Positions 1-8,254 of a stretch of DNA of 64,000 nt are shown here, piece after piece (position 1 is the first letter of the stretch; the number at the start of each line of letters is the position of its first letter). Origin of the DNA: an uncultured Bacillota bacterium (lineage in GTDB: Bacteria; Sysuimicrobiota; Sysuimicrobiia; Sysuimicrobiales; Segetimicrobiaceae); assembly GCA_963804645.1 (NCBI GenBank), contig CAWDRG010000009.1, forward strand, positions 384,001 through 448,000, written 5' to 3'. Below the pieces are notes generated by a model. It was not told where the DNA came from. It saw only the letters and a list, made by a program, of their open reading frames with translations, and searched no databases. Position numbers and translations under genes: made by a program.

Positions 1-429
1 CCTCCCGGCGCGCACCGCCGCAGTGCGCATCGCCATGGCACCAGCAAAGCAGTACCCGACGACGCCCATCGGACCGGCGCCAACGGCACCGTCAGCGGCG
101 AGGAAGTCGACGTAGTTCGCCACGTCGTGTTCGACCGCGTCGGGCGTCAGCGGGGCTCTCAACTCGGCCATCCGCTTCGCCCGCTGGTCTTCGCCCGCGC
201 CCGCCGGCAGTTCAGCCACCGGCGGCCGCCCGGATCGGTAAAAGATGTTGGGCATCAACACCGTGTACCCTTGGGCGGCGAGGCGCTGCGCCATGTCACG
301 ATGAGACTGGCGAATGCCTCGGATGTCCGTCAAATGAATCACGCCGGGCTGGAGACGGCCGTCGTCGGCACGGTACACGAACCCGTCGACAACGCCGTCG
401 GAGGTCCGAATCTCGATCGCTTCTTCCAT
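1..429 (-). CDS. Dienelactone hydrolase family protein (C-terminus runs off the window)
   Basis: Manual translation MEEAIEIRTSDGVVDGF...TDIRGIR...GYTVLMPNIFYR...GVVGYCFAGAMA has the G-Y-C-x-x-G nucleophile motif; GGGAGG RBS before ATG 429. Confidence 0.85.
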   Translation of the reverse strand, partial: MEEAIEIRTSDGVVDGFVYRADDGRLQPGVIHLTDIRGIRQSHRDMAQRLAAQGYTVLMPNIFYRSGRPPVAELPAGAGEDQRAKRMAELRAPLTPDAVEHDVANYVDFLAADGAVGAGPMGVVGYCFAGAMAMRTAAVRAGR

Positions 430-777
430 GCTCGATTCCTCCCATTGATACGTCTCAACACCCGCCCGCGCCAGCAGTCAGTGGGCTCGTGGCAGATCGC
501 CGATCGGCTCGCTGCCGCCGATCTCCTGTGAACTAGGTTCCGCAGTCGCGCGCATCGTCCTGCCGCAGTCGTGAGTCGTTACCCGGTCTGTACGAGGACC
601 CCGCCAGCAAACCCGACCGCGCGATCGGTGACGGCCATAGTTGTCCGCAACCCCGCGCGCTTCAAGGAGGCAGAAACGTGGAGGCGAAATGGCCAGATGG
701 ACCGATACGGGGTCATGCAGCGGCAGCTCCTGCACCCGCTGGTGTGCCACGGCAAAGGCGACGGGAGGGACACGCAC

Positions 778-1401
778 ATGTCGACCGGCGTAGACGGCGC
801 GCGCATGGAGCAGCTCCGCGCGGGCGTGCGCGAGAGCTTGCCTGAACTCCAACACATCAAAGACACGGATCTGCGAGAGAAGGTCGTCGACGCGTGGGCG
901 CTGGCGCTTTCGCAAACGACGTTCAACCGCATCGAGGATGTGCCTCCGGAAGGGAACCCCGGTGATTGGGTGCTGCGGCGCGGAACGCAGACGGACCACA
1001 TCCGTGCCGTCGCCAGGATGGCCGTGGCATTGGCCGACGAGCTCGAATCCATATTCGGTTCGATCGGCGTGGATCGGGACATCCTGATGGCTGCCGGCCT
1101 CGTCCATGACGTCGGCAAACCGTTCGAGATGGACCCGTCGAATCAACGGCGGTGGCGCGACAACCCGGCGGCTTCCGGACATCCGGCGCTGCGGCATCCC
1201 GCGTACGGCGCCCATATTGCGCTCACCGTCGGGCTTCCCGAGGCGGTGGTTCATTGCGCGGGGTGTCATTCGCTGAACGCCGAGGGCCAGTTCGTCTCGG
1301 CCGGGTTGGAAACCATGCTCGTGCAGTACGCGGACGCGTCCTCCTGGAGAGTCCTCCAATGCGCCGGTCTGGTCACCAGGCCCGGCAAGGACGCCCGGTA
1401 G
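778..1401 (+). CDS. HD-domain metal-dependent phosphohydrolase
   Basis: DHIRAV...VHDVGK...HPAYGAH...CHS...YAD motifs; start moved to ATG 778 behind GGGAGG. Confidence 0.8.
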   Translation: MSTGVDGARMEQLRAGVRESLPELQHIKDTDLREKVVDAWALALSQTTFNRIEDVPPEGNPGDWVLRRGTQTDHIRAVARMAVALADELESIFGSIGVDRDILMAAGLVHDVGKPFEMDPSNQRRWRDNPAASGHPALRHPAYGAHIALTVGLPEAVVHCAGCHSLNAEGQFVSAGLETMLVQYADASSWRVLQCAGLVTRPGKDAR

Positions 1402-2003
1402 TGACCCACGTGACGGACAACCCGATTCAGGAGATCACGGAGGACCGGGAGCGGGCGCGCGCCGCGGCCGATCCCTTAGCGGACGTCTGCTATCTCGTCA
1501 CGGTGGCGTCGCCGGAGCGCGCGGAGGCGCGCGCGCTCACACTGCGCGACATCACCGACGAGGGTTTTGGCATCTTGATCAACCGCACCAGCCCCAAGTG
1601 GAAGCAGCTCTCCGCGACAGACACCGCCACCCTGCTGATTCACTGGCCCACGGTGCGCCGGCAGTACCGGATCTGGGGCGGCATCGCCTCGATGGACGCC
1701 GCACGCGTCAACGCCTACTGGGCGCGCAAGAACTTGGGATCCAAGCTGCTCGAGTATTACTACACGACCTTTGCACCGCAGAGCCATCGCATCGCGTCGC
1801 GCGCTGAGTTCCTCGCAGGGATCGAGGAGCTGCGGCGCCGTTATCCGGATCGAGAGGCGGTCCCGTTGCCGGACAGCCTCGCGGGCATCTACGTGGCGCC
1901 CCGCGAGATAGAGGTGTGGCACGGCTCGGAAGAGCGCCTGCACGATCGGCGTGTGTTTCAACGATCCGGCGCCGGGTGGGTAGGGCACACGCTCGTTCCG
2001 TGA
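1401..2003 (+). CDS. Pyridoxamine 5'-phosphate oxidase (PdxH)-like flavin-binding split-barrel protein, divergent
   Basis: SPKWKQL, RQYRIWG and EVWHG...RLHDRR...W....LVP resemble PdxH motifs; GTG overlaps the upstream TAG. Confidence 0.7.
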   Translation: MTHVTDNPIQEITEDRERARAAADPLADVCYLVTVASPERAEARALTLRDITDEGFGILINRTSPKWKQLSATDTATLLIHWPTVRRQYRIWGGIASMDAARVNAYWARKNLGSKLLEYYYTTFAPQSHRIASRAEFLAGIEELRRRYPDREAVPLPDSLAGIYVAPREIEVWHGSEERLHDRRVFQRSGAGWVGHTLVP

Positions 2004-2060
2004 CCCCGCTCTCCAGGTGCGGCGCGCGGAAGTACGGCCTGCCTCCACCGTCGACGGACG

Positions 2061-2843
2061 CTAATGCGCCGTCCATCCCCCATCAATCGGGAGTGCCGCC
2101 CCGGTCAGGGCCGCAGCGGCGTCTGAACACAAGTACAGCGCGAGCGCCGCGACCTCGGACGGCTCCAGCAGACGCTTCACGGCCTGGCTGGTCCGCATGA
2201 CCTGCTCGACGCCCTCCGACTCGGGGATTCCCGGCAGCCGCGACTGCTCGGCGATCCGACGCTCGATCAGCGGCGTCCGGATGTACCCGGGGCAGATCGC
2301 GTTGACCGTGACGCCGTACTGCGCCACCTCCCACGCCGCGGCCTTCGTGAATCCCACGACCCCGTGCTTCGCCGCCACGTACGCGGATCTGAACGGCGAC
2401 GCCACGAGGCCGTGTGCCGACGAGATGTTGATGACACGCCCCCACCGTCCGCGAATCATGTGGGGCAGGGCGTACTTCGTGCAGAGAAACGTCCCCGTCA
2501 GCAACACCCCGAGCAGGTGCTGCCAGCGCTCCTCGGGGAAGTCGACGACCGGCGCGACGTGCTGCAGGCCGGCGTTGTTCACGAGGATGTCGAACTGCCC
2601 GAATTCCCGTACCACCGCGTCGACCATGGCGCGCACGGATTTCGAGTCTGCGACGTCCACCTCGGCAAACATCGCGCGGCCCCCGCGGCGGCCGATCTCC
2701 TCGACCGCCACCTTGCCGGCGTCCCGATTGACGTCGGCGACGCACACGCCGACACCCGCCTCGGCGAGCGCGGCGGCCATCGCCAGACCCAGCCCGGATG
2801 CCGCGCCGGTGACGGCGGCCGTCCTGCCCCGCAGTGTCGCCAC
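2061..2843 (-). CDS. 3-hydroxybutyrate dehydrogenase-like SDR
   Basis: TGAASGLG, NNAGLQH, SAYVAAKHG, DGGWTA; GTG start at 2843. Confidence 0.85.
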   Translation of the reverse strand: MATLRGRTAAVTGAASGLGLAMAAALAEAGVGVCVADVNRDAGKVAVEEIGRRGGRAMFAEVDVADSKSVRAMVDAVVREFGQFDILVNNAGLQHVAPVVDFPEERWQHLLGVLLTGTFLCTKYALPHMIRGRWGRVINISSAHGLVASPFRSAYVAAKHGVVGFTKAAAWEVAQYGVTVNAICPGYIRTPLIERRIAEQSRLPGIPESEGVEQVMRTSQAVKRLLEPSEVAALALYLCSDAAAALTGAALPIDGGWTAH

Positions 2844-2844
2844 C

Positions 2845-3753
2845 TTAGGAGAACACTCCCAACCCGGCGTTCGCCAGCACGTCACGCGTGCGCCGAATCG
2901 CCTCGATGTGGGCCTGCGGGGTGGCGAGCCCGGCCCGCATCGTCCCGACGCTCACGTGCGTGCCGCCGATCGCGGCCCACTCGGCGACCGCCTGCACGAT
3001 TCGGTCCGGCGGATCAGCGGCATTGACGCCCCGCTGGAGTCCGATCTCCGCGGGATCCCGCCCGGCTTCGCGCGCATACTCGTGCAGCCGCGACACCAGT
3101 GCCGGGTACCCGCCCGGCACCGGGGCCGCACGCTTCGTCGGCGACAGGATGCCGCCGCCGGCCATCCATCCCGATGCGAGCCGGGCGGTCCGGCGGAGCA
3201 CGACGTCACTCTCGCCGCCGATCCAGATGGGAATCGGGCGCTGCACGGGCAGCGGATTGATCCCCGCCTCCACGATCCGGTGCCAGCGGCCCTCAAACGT
3301 CACGACCTCCTGCGTCCAGAACGCCCGCAGGACGGCGATCTGCTCCTCGATCCTGGCGCCCCGCGTGCGAAAATCTTCGCCGATGGCCTCAAACTCGGCG
3401 CTGTTCCACCCGACCCCGACGCCGAGGCGCAGACGCCCGCCGCTCAGCACGTCCACCTCGGCCGCCTGTTTCGCGACGAGCGCCGTCCCGCGCTGCGGCA
3501 GGACGAGGACGCCGTTGACGAGCTCCAGGCGCCGCGTGATCGCCGCCAGATACCCGAACAGCACGAACGGCTCGTGAAACATGTCCTTGTACGTGTAGCC
3601 CATCCAGTCCGCGGAACGCGGCACCACGCCCAGGATGTGGTCGTAAGCGAGCAAGAAGTCGTAGCCGAGATCCTCGGACGCCCGAGTGAACTCCACCACG
3701 CCCCGCGGATTCGCGCCGATCTCGGTTTGCGGCAACACCACGCCGATCTTCAT
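2845..3753 (-). CDS. LLM-class (probably F420-dependent) oxidoreductase
   Basis: MKIGVVLPQTEIG, YDHILG, FHEPFVLFGYLAA, GRLRLGVGVGWN; AGGAG RBS. Confidence 0.85.
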   Translation of the reverse strand: MKIGVVLPQTEIGANPRGVVEFTRASEDLGYDFLLAYDHILGVVPRSADWMGYTYKDMFHEPFVLFGYLAAITRRLELVNGVLVLPQRGTALVAKQAAEVDVLSGGRLRLGVGVGWNSAEFEAIGEDFRTRGARIEEQIAVLRAFWTQEVVTFEGRWHRIVEAGINPLPVQRPIPIWIGGESDVVLRRTARLASGWMAGGGILSPTKRAAPVPGGYPALVSRLHEYAREAGRDPAEIGLQRGVNAADPPDRIVQAVAEWAAIGGTHVSVGTMRAGLATPQAHIEAIRRTRDVLANAGLGVFS

Positions 3754-3952
3754 CAATGTGCTCCTATCTCACCGCGCACTCGCGTGTCGGCGCCGGACAT
3801 TCTGAGAGCCTCGTCCTCCGCTGATTCGAACCGCCGCACCGCCCACCCTTCCACGCGGAAAGAAGGCCGCGCGCCGGCGACGAAGTACGGCATCCGAACG
3901 GCACGGGCCGGGCCGGAGTTCGACGCGCCCCCGTGCAGAGAGAGGACGGCCG

Positions 3953-4681
3953 ATGACGGACCACCTGTACCAGCGGGACAGCTACCTGCGCGAGTTTGAC
4001 GCCCGCGTGACCGAGGTGCAGGAGCACGCCGTGGTGCTCGACCGCACCGCGTTCTTCCCCGGCGGCGGCGGGCAGCCCGCGGACGCGGGCACGCTCGACT
4101 GGAACGGCGCGCCGGCGCCCGTCGTCGAGCTGCGCCGAGACGGCGATCTCGTGTGGCACGTAGTGGACGGCGCCCCGCCGAGCGCGGGCACGCCCGTGCG
4201 CGGCCGGGTCGATTGGGCCCGGCGGTACGCGATCATGCGCCACCACTCCGCGCTGCACGTCCTGGTCGGCATCGTTTATCGACGGTTCGGCGCCAAGGTG
4301 ACCGGCGGGGCGATTTATCCGGACCGCGCGCGGATGGATTTCTCCCTCGACAACCTGAACAAGGAGCTCGTGGCCGCGATCGAGGCGCAGACGAACGCCA
4401 TCATCGCGGAGAATCTGCCGATCCACGTACGGTTCGTCTCGCGGGAGGAGTTCGACCGGGGCGACCTCACGCGCCTGGCAAACGTCTCGCTTCCCCCGAC
4501 CGTCCTCGAGGTGCGTGTCGTGGAGATCGAAGGCTTCGACGCGCAGGCCGACGGAGGCACCCACGTGGCGCGCACCGGCGAGATCGGCATGCTCGAGATC
4601 ACCAAAACCGAAAACAAAGGCAAGGCCAATCGCCGGCTGGAGATCGCGCTGCGCGGCGGCCCCGGTGCGGCGCCGGGGTAG
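3953..4681 (+). CDS. alaX: Alanyl-tRNA editing protein AlaX
   Basis: LYQRDSYLREF, LDRTAFFPGGGGQPAD, MRHHSALH, QADGGTHV. Confidence 0.9.
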   Translation: MTDHLYQRDSYLREFDARVTEVQEHAVVLDRTAFFPGGGGQPADAGTLDWNGAPAPVVELRRDGDLVWHVVDGAPPSAGTPVRGRVDWARRYAIMRHHSALHVLVGIVYRRFGAKVTGGAIYPDRARMDFSLDNLNKELVAAIEAQTNAIIAENLPIHVRFVSREEFDRGDLTRLANVSLPPTVLEVRVVEIEGFDAQADGGTHVARTGEIGMLEITKTENKGKANRRLEIALRGGPGAAPG

Positions 4682-4699
4682 CGCGGCCCCGGAGCCCGC

Positions 4700-4728
4700 G
4701 TGAACGGCCGTCCGCCCGATGCTATACT
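4700..4728 (+). promoter_or_regulatory. Putative sigma70 promoter for msrB (extended -10)
   Basis: GTGAAC-17 nt-TATACT with TG at the extended position (TGcTATACT). Confidence 0.5.
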
Positions 4729-4784
4729 AGGGCTCGTCCGGACGCGCCGGAACGCCCACGCAGCGCGGCCGGTGGAGGGTCCGC

Positions 4785-5183
4785 ATGACGGACAAGATCA
4801 AGAAGAGCGACAGCGAGTGGCGCCAGCAGCTCACGCCGGAACAGTATGCCGTGACGCGTCAGAAGGCGACCGAGCGCCCGTTCACCGGCGAATATTACCG
4901 CATGACGGATCCCGGCACCTACCGCTGCGTCTGCTGCGGCGAGGAACTCTTCGAATCGGACACCAAGTTCGACGCGGGCTGCGGCTGGCCGAGCTTCACC
5001 AAACCGATCGCCGGCGACCGTGTCGACGAAGAGACGGACCGCACCCACGGCATGACCCGCACCGAAGTCCTGTGCGCCAAATGCGGCGCGCATCTCGGTC
5101 ATGTCTTCGACGACGGACCGCAGCCGACCGGCCTGCGGTACTGCATCAACTCGGCTGCGCTCAAGCACGCCGCGAAGAAGTGA
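4785..5183 (+). CDS. msrB: Peptide-methionine (R)-S-oxide reductase MsrB
   Basis: TERPFTGEY, CxxC x2, [23 protein letters not shown]. Confidence 0.97.
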   Translation: MTDKIKKSDSEWRQQLTPEQYAVTRQKATERPFTGEYYRMTDPGTYRCVCCGEELFESDTKFDAGCGWPSFTKPIAGDRVDEETDRTHGMTRTEVLCAKCGAHLGHVFDDGPQPTGLRYCINSAALKHAAKK

Positions 5184-5280
5184 CCGCCCGCCCAGACGCG
5201 GCGACCCTCCATGAGCGGAACGGCCCGCGCATGAGGCCCGGCACCGCGCGCTGAACCTTCGACGTGGAGGGGATTCGACG

Positions 5281-6345
5281 ATGGCGTTTCGAGCGGAGTT
5301 CGGACTCCAACTGCATCTCCCCACGGCCGGGACCCGCTACACCACGCCCGCGCTCATCGATCTCGGCGTCCAGGCCGCCGACGCGGGGTTCCGCCAAGTG
5401 TGGGTCACGGACAACCTACGGGTGCGCAACATCTTCGTCGTGCTCGCCGGCCTCGCGATGCGCGTCAAGGTCAAGTTGGGAGCCGCCGTGCTGGTGCAGT
5501 ATTTCCGGAACCCAGTCGATGTCGCCGACGCGGTGGCGAGCATCAGCGAGCTCATGGATGGGCGGGAGTTTACGCTCGGCATCGGCCGCGGCAACCTGCA
5601 CCACACGCCGAATCAGCTCCAGCTCGCGAAGCCGCTCGCGATGTCGCGGGAGCTGGCCCTGTCCCTCCGGGCCCTGCTGGCGGGGGAACGGGTCCGCTTT
5701 GACGCCTACCCGACCCTGGCGGCGTACTTCAACCTCAATCCGGAGGAAGAGATCCAGCTGATCTTCCGTCCGCGCGGCCCCGTGCCGCTGATAAACGGCG
5801 GCAACGGACCGAAGGGCGCCGCCCTGGCGGCGCGCTGCTTCGACGGTATGATTTACGGGCCGACGTTCGTTGCGGCCGCCCAGATGGGGAAGGCCGCGGG
5901 CCTGCTGGACATCGCCCGGAAGACGGCGGAGGAACTGCCGGACCGCAAGGCGCTTCGGTTCGTCGCCGAAGTCAACGTGTTCCTCTCGTCAGATCGCGCG
6001 CGCGCGCGTGAGGCCGCGAAGACCCACGCGGCGTCGATGCTCCTGAGCGTGCGCAACATGGGGCACAGCCCGGATGACTTCCGCCGCCTGGGCGTCACGC
6101 CAGAACAGCTCGACGCCATCGGCCGCGCCGCGGCGCGGCGGGCGCGGCCCGACGAGGTCGCCGCCCTGGTCACCGACGAGGTCATCGATGCGACGTACAT
6201 CGCGGGCGATCTGGACAGCTGCCGGCCTCGGCTGCTGGAGATCTGCCGGACCGCGGACGCCCTCGGCTTTCATCAGATCATGTTTTCGAAGCTCGGACCG
6301 GATTTCGGCGAGGCGATCCGCATCCTGGCGGCGGCGGTGCTGTAG
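5281..6345 (+). CDS. LLM-class flavin/F420-dependent oxidoreductase (Mer-like)
   Basis: AADAGFRQVWVTD, FTLGIGRG, GGNGPK luciferase-like pattern. Confidence 0.75.
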   Translation: MAFRAEFGLQLHLPTAGTRYTTPALIDLGVQAADAGFRQVWVTDNLRVRNIFVVLAGLAMRVKVKLGAAVLVQYFRNPVDVADAVASISELMDGREFTLGIGRGNLHHTPNQLQLAKPLAMSRELALSLRALLAGERVRFDAYPTLAAYFNLNPEEEIQLIFRPRGPVPLINGGNGPKGAALAARCFDGMIYGPTFVAAAQMGKAAGLLDIARKTAEELPDRKALRFVAEVNVFLSSDRARAREAAKTHAASMLLSVRNMGHSPDDFRRLGVTPEQLDAIGRAAARRARPDEVAALVTDEVIDATYIAGDLDSCRPRLLEICRTADALGFHQIMFSKLGPDFGEAIRILAAAVL

Positions 6346-6532
6346 CGGACCTCCGGCGGGCACCTCGGTGGGACCGGCAGCCGGCGGCGCGGGAGCGGGG
6401 GCCGCACATCGCGCCTGATGTGCGCCCGGGGCGCCGCCTCTCTGGCGGCGCGGCAACGGCTCCGCAACGCGTATGCCGCCTGGATGCGTGTCAAGACCGA
6501 GCGGCGGGACGCACGGGTGGAGGGAGAGCCCA

Positions 6533-8212
6533 ATGAACGTGCTGATCATCATGAGCGACACGTTCCGGCGCGATCACCTGGCCGCGTACGAGGTGGAGGC
6601 GCCGTGGCGCCGCGCCGGCCGCTCGGGCGAACCCTTCATCCGCACGCCCCACCTGGACCGCCTGGCCGCGCAGTCCGCGCTGTTCGATCGATTCTACTGC
6701 GGCTCGTACCCCACGATCCCGTGCCGCTACGACCTGTTCGCGGGACGGTTCGGGTTCGTGACGCGCGGCTGGCAGCCGCTGGAGCCGGACGACCGCGTGC
6801 TGTCCGACCTGGTCGCCGAGGCCGGGGCCCTCCCGGCGATGATCTTCGATACCCCGATGCTCGCGGTCGACTCCTATAACTACATCCGCGGGTTCGCCGG
6901 ATGGGAGTTCATCCGCGGGCAGCACTCCGATCGGTACAACGTGGATCCGATCACCCCTCCGTACCCCGCGGCGCGCCACAAGCTGAAGAATCTCGGCGCG
7001 ACGCAGCTCTACCTCCGCAACACGGCCGCGCGCCGGCTGGAGCGGGATTGGATGTGCGCCCGCACGGCGGCGGCCACCTGCGAGTGGCTGGAGCGCAATC
7101 GTACGCGTGAGAACTTTGTCTTGTGGATCGACATGTGGGATCCGCACGAACCGTTCGACGCTCCCGAGTTTGACCTCGCCCGGTACGCCGATCCCGGGTT
7201 CCGGGGGGACTCGATCATCTACCCGATGTACGGACGGCCGACGTACATGTCCGAGGCGGAGCGCAACCACGTCCGGGCGCTCTACGGGGCACTGGTGACC
7301 GCGGTCGACCGGGCCGTCGGGCGCATCCTCGACACGGTCGAGACCGTCGGACTCGACCGCAACACCCTGGTGATCTTCCTGAGCGATCACGGGCACCTGT
7401 TCGGCGAGCACGGCCTCCAAGGCAAACCCACAGGACCCTTCGGCCAGCTCTACGAGGTCACGACCCGGGTGCCGCTGCTCATCCGCCACCCCGAGGGCCT
7501 CGGCGCGGGCCGGCGAATCCCGGCGCTCGCGCAGCACCCGGATCTCCTCCCGACCGTGCTGGAATTCCTCGGCATTCGGGCGCCGGACGCGGTTCAGGGG
7601 AAATCGCTGTGGCCGCTGATCCGCGGCGAAACGGAGGACCTGCGGGACGTCGCGGTGTCGGGACGGTACTCGAAGATCGCGGACGAGCCGCCGGGGACGT
7701 TCGTGCTTCGGTCGGACGCATCCGCCTTCGACGGGACCGCCGGGCTGGCGGTGCAGGCCGAGCCGATCACCGTAACGACGGACCGGTGGTCGTATCTGTG
7801 CCCGGCGCGGGGCGGCGGCGCGCGCGAGCTGTACGATCTGCGCGCCGACCCCGGTCAGACTGCGAACGTGCTGGAGCGGCACCCGGACGTCGCCGCGGAC
7901 CTTCACCGGGCGCTGCGCACGTTTCTCGAGCAGCACGGCGCTCCCCCCGAGCGCGTCGCCCTCTATCCGGCGGAGGCCCGTGTGCACGAACGCGAGACGC
8001 TAATCCCGCGGGACACCCTGCTGTACGCCGTGGAGCAGGACGACGGCCAGGTCTTCGCGTTTCTGGCGCGAAAGGACGCCGAGGCCCGGTTCGGCGGCGG
8101 CGCATCGGCGCCCGCGATCCGGGAGACGCGGCTCGGCGCCCTACGGCGCGATCGGCCGAAGGCACTCGTGCACATGGACGACCAGTACTACTGGGCAGAA
8201 GATCTCGCGTAG
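6533..8212 (+). CDS. Sulfatase/alkaline-phosphatase superfamily hydrolase with Thr at the nucleophile position
   Basis: MNVLIIMSDTFRRD, TPHLDRLA, TIPCR, WDPHEPF, SDHG, ELYDLRADP; GGAG RBS before ATG 6533. Confidence 0.85.
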   Translation: MNVLIIMSDTFRRDHLAAYEVEAPWRRAGRSGEPFIRTPHLDRLAAQSALFDRFYCGSYPTIPCRYDLFAGRFGFVTRGWQPLEPDDRVLSDLVAEAGALPAMIFDTPMLAVDSYNYIRGFAGWEFIRGQHSDRYNVDPITPPYPAARHKLKNLGATQLYLRNTAARRLERDWMCARTAAATCEWLERNRTRENFVLWIDMWDPHEPFDAPEFDLARYADPGFRGDSIIYPMYGRPTYMSEAERNHVRALYGALVTAVDRAVGRILDTVETVGLDRNTLVIFLSDHGHLFGEHGLQGKPTGPFGQLYEVTTRVPLLIRHPEGLGAGRRIPALAQHPDLLPTVLEFLGIRAPDAVQGKSLWPLIRGETEDLRDVAVSGRYSKIADEPPGTFVLRSDASAFDGTAGLAVQAEPITVTTDRWSYLCPARGGGARELYDLRADPGQTANVLERHPDVAADLHRALRTFLEQHGAPPERVALYPAEARVHERETLIPRDTLLYAVEQDDGQVFAFLARKDAEARFGGGASAPAIRETRLGALRRDRPKALVHMDDQYYWAEDLA

Positions 8213-8254
8213 GCCGCGCGGCCCGCGCGCATCGACGGCACGACAGGAGCGCCC

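Noticed and set aside
3820..3840. GGTTCGAATC on the minus strand resembling a tRNA T-loop
   Set aside because: No T-stem pairing or cloverleaf around it.
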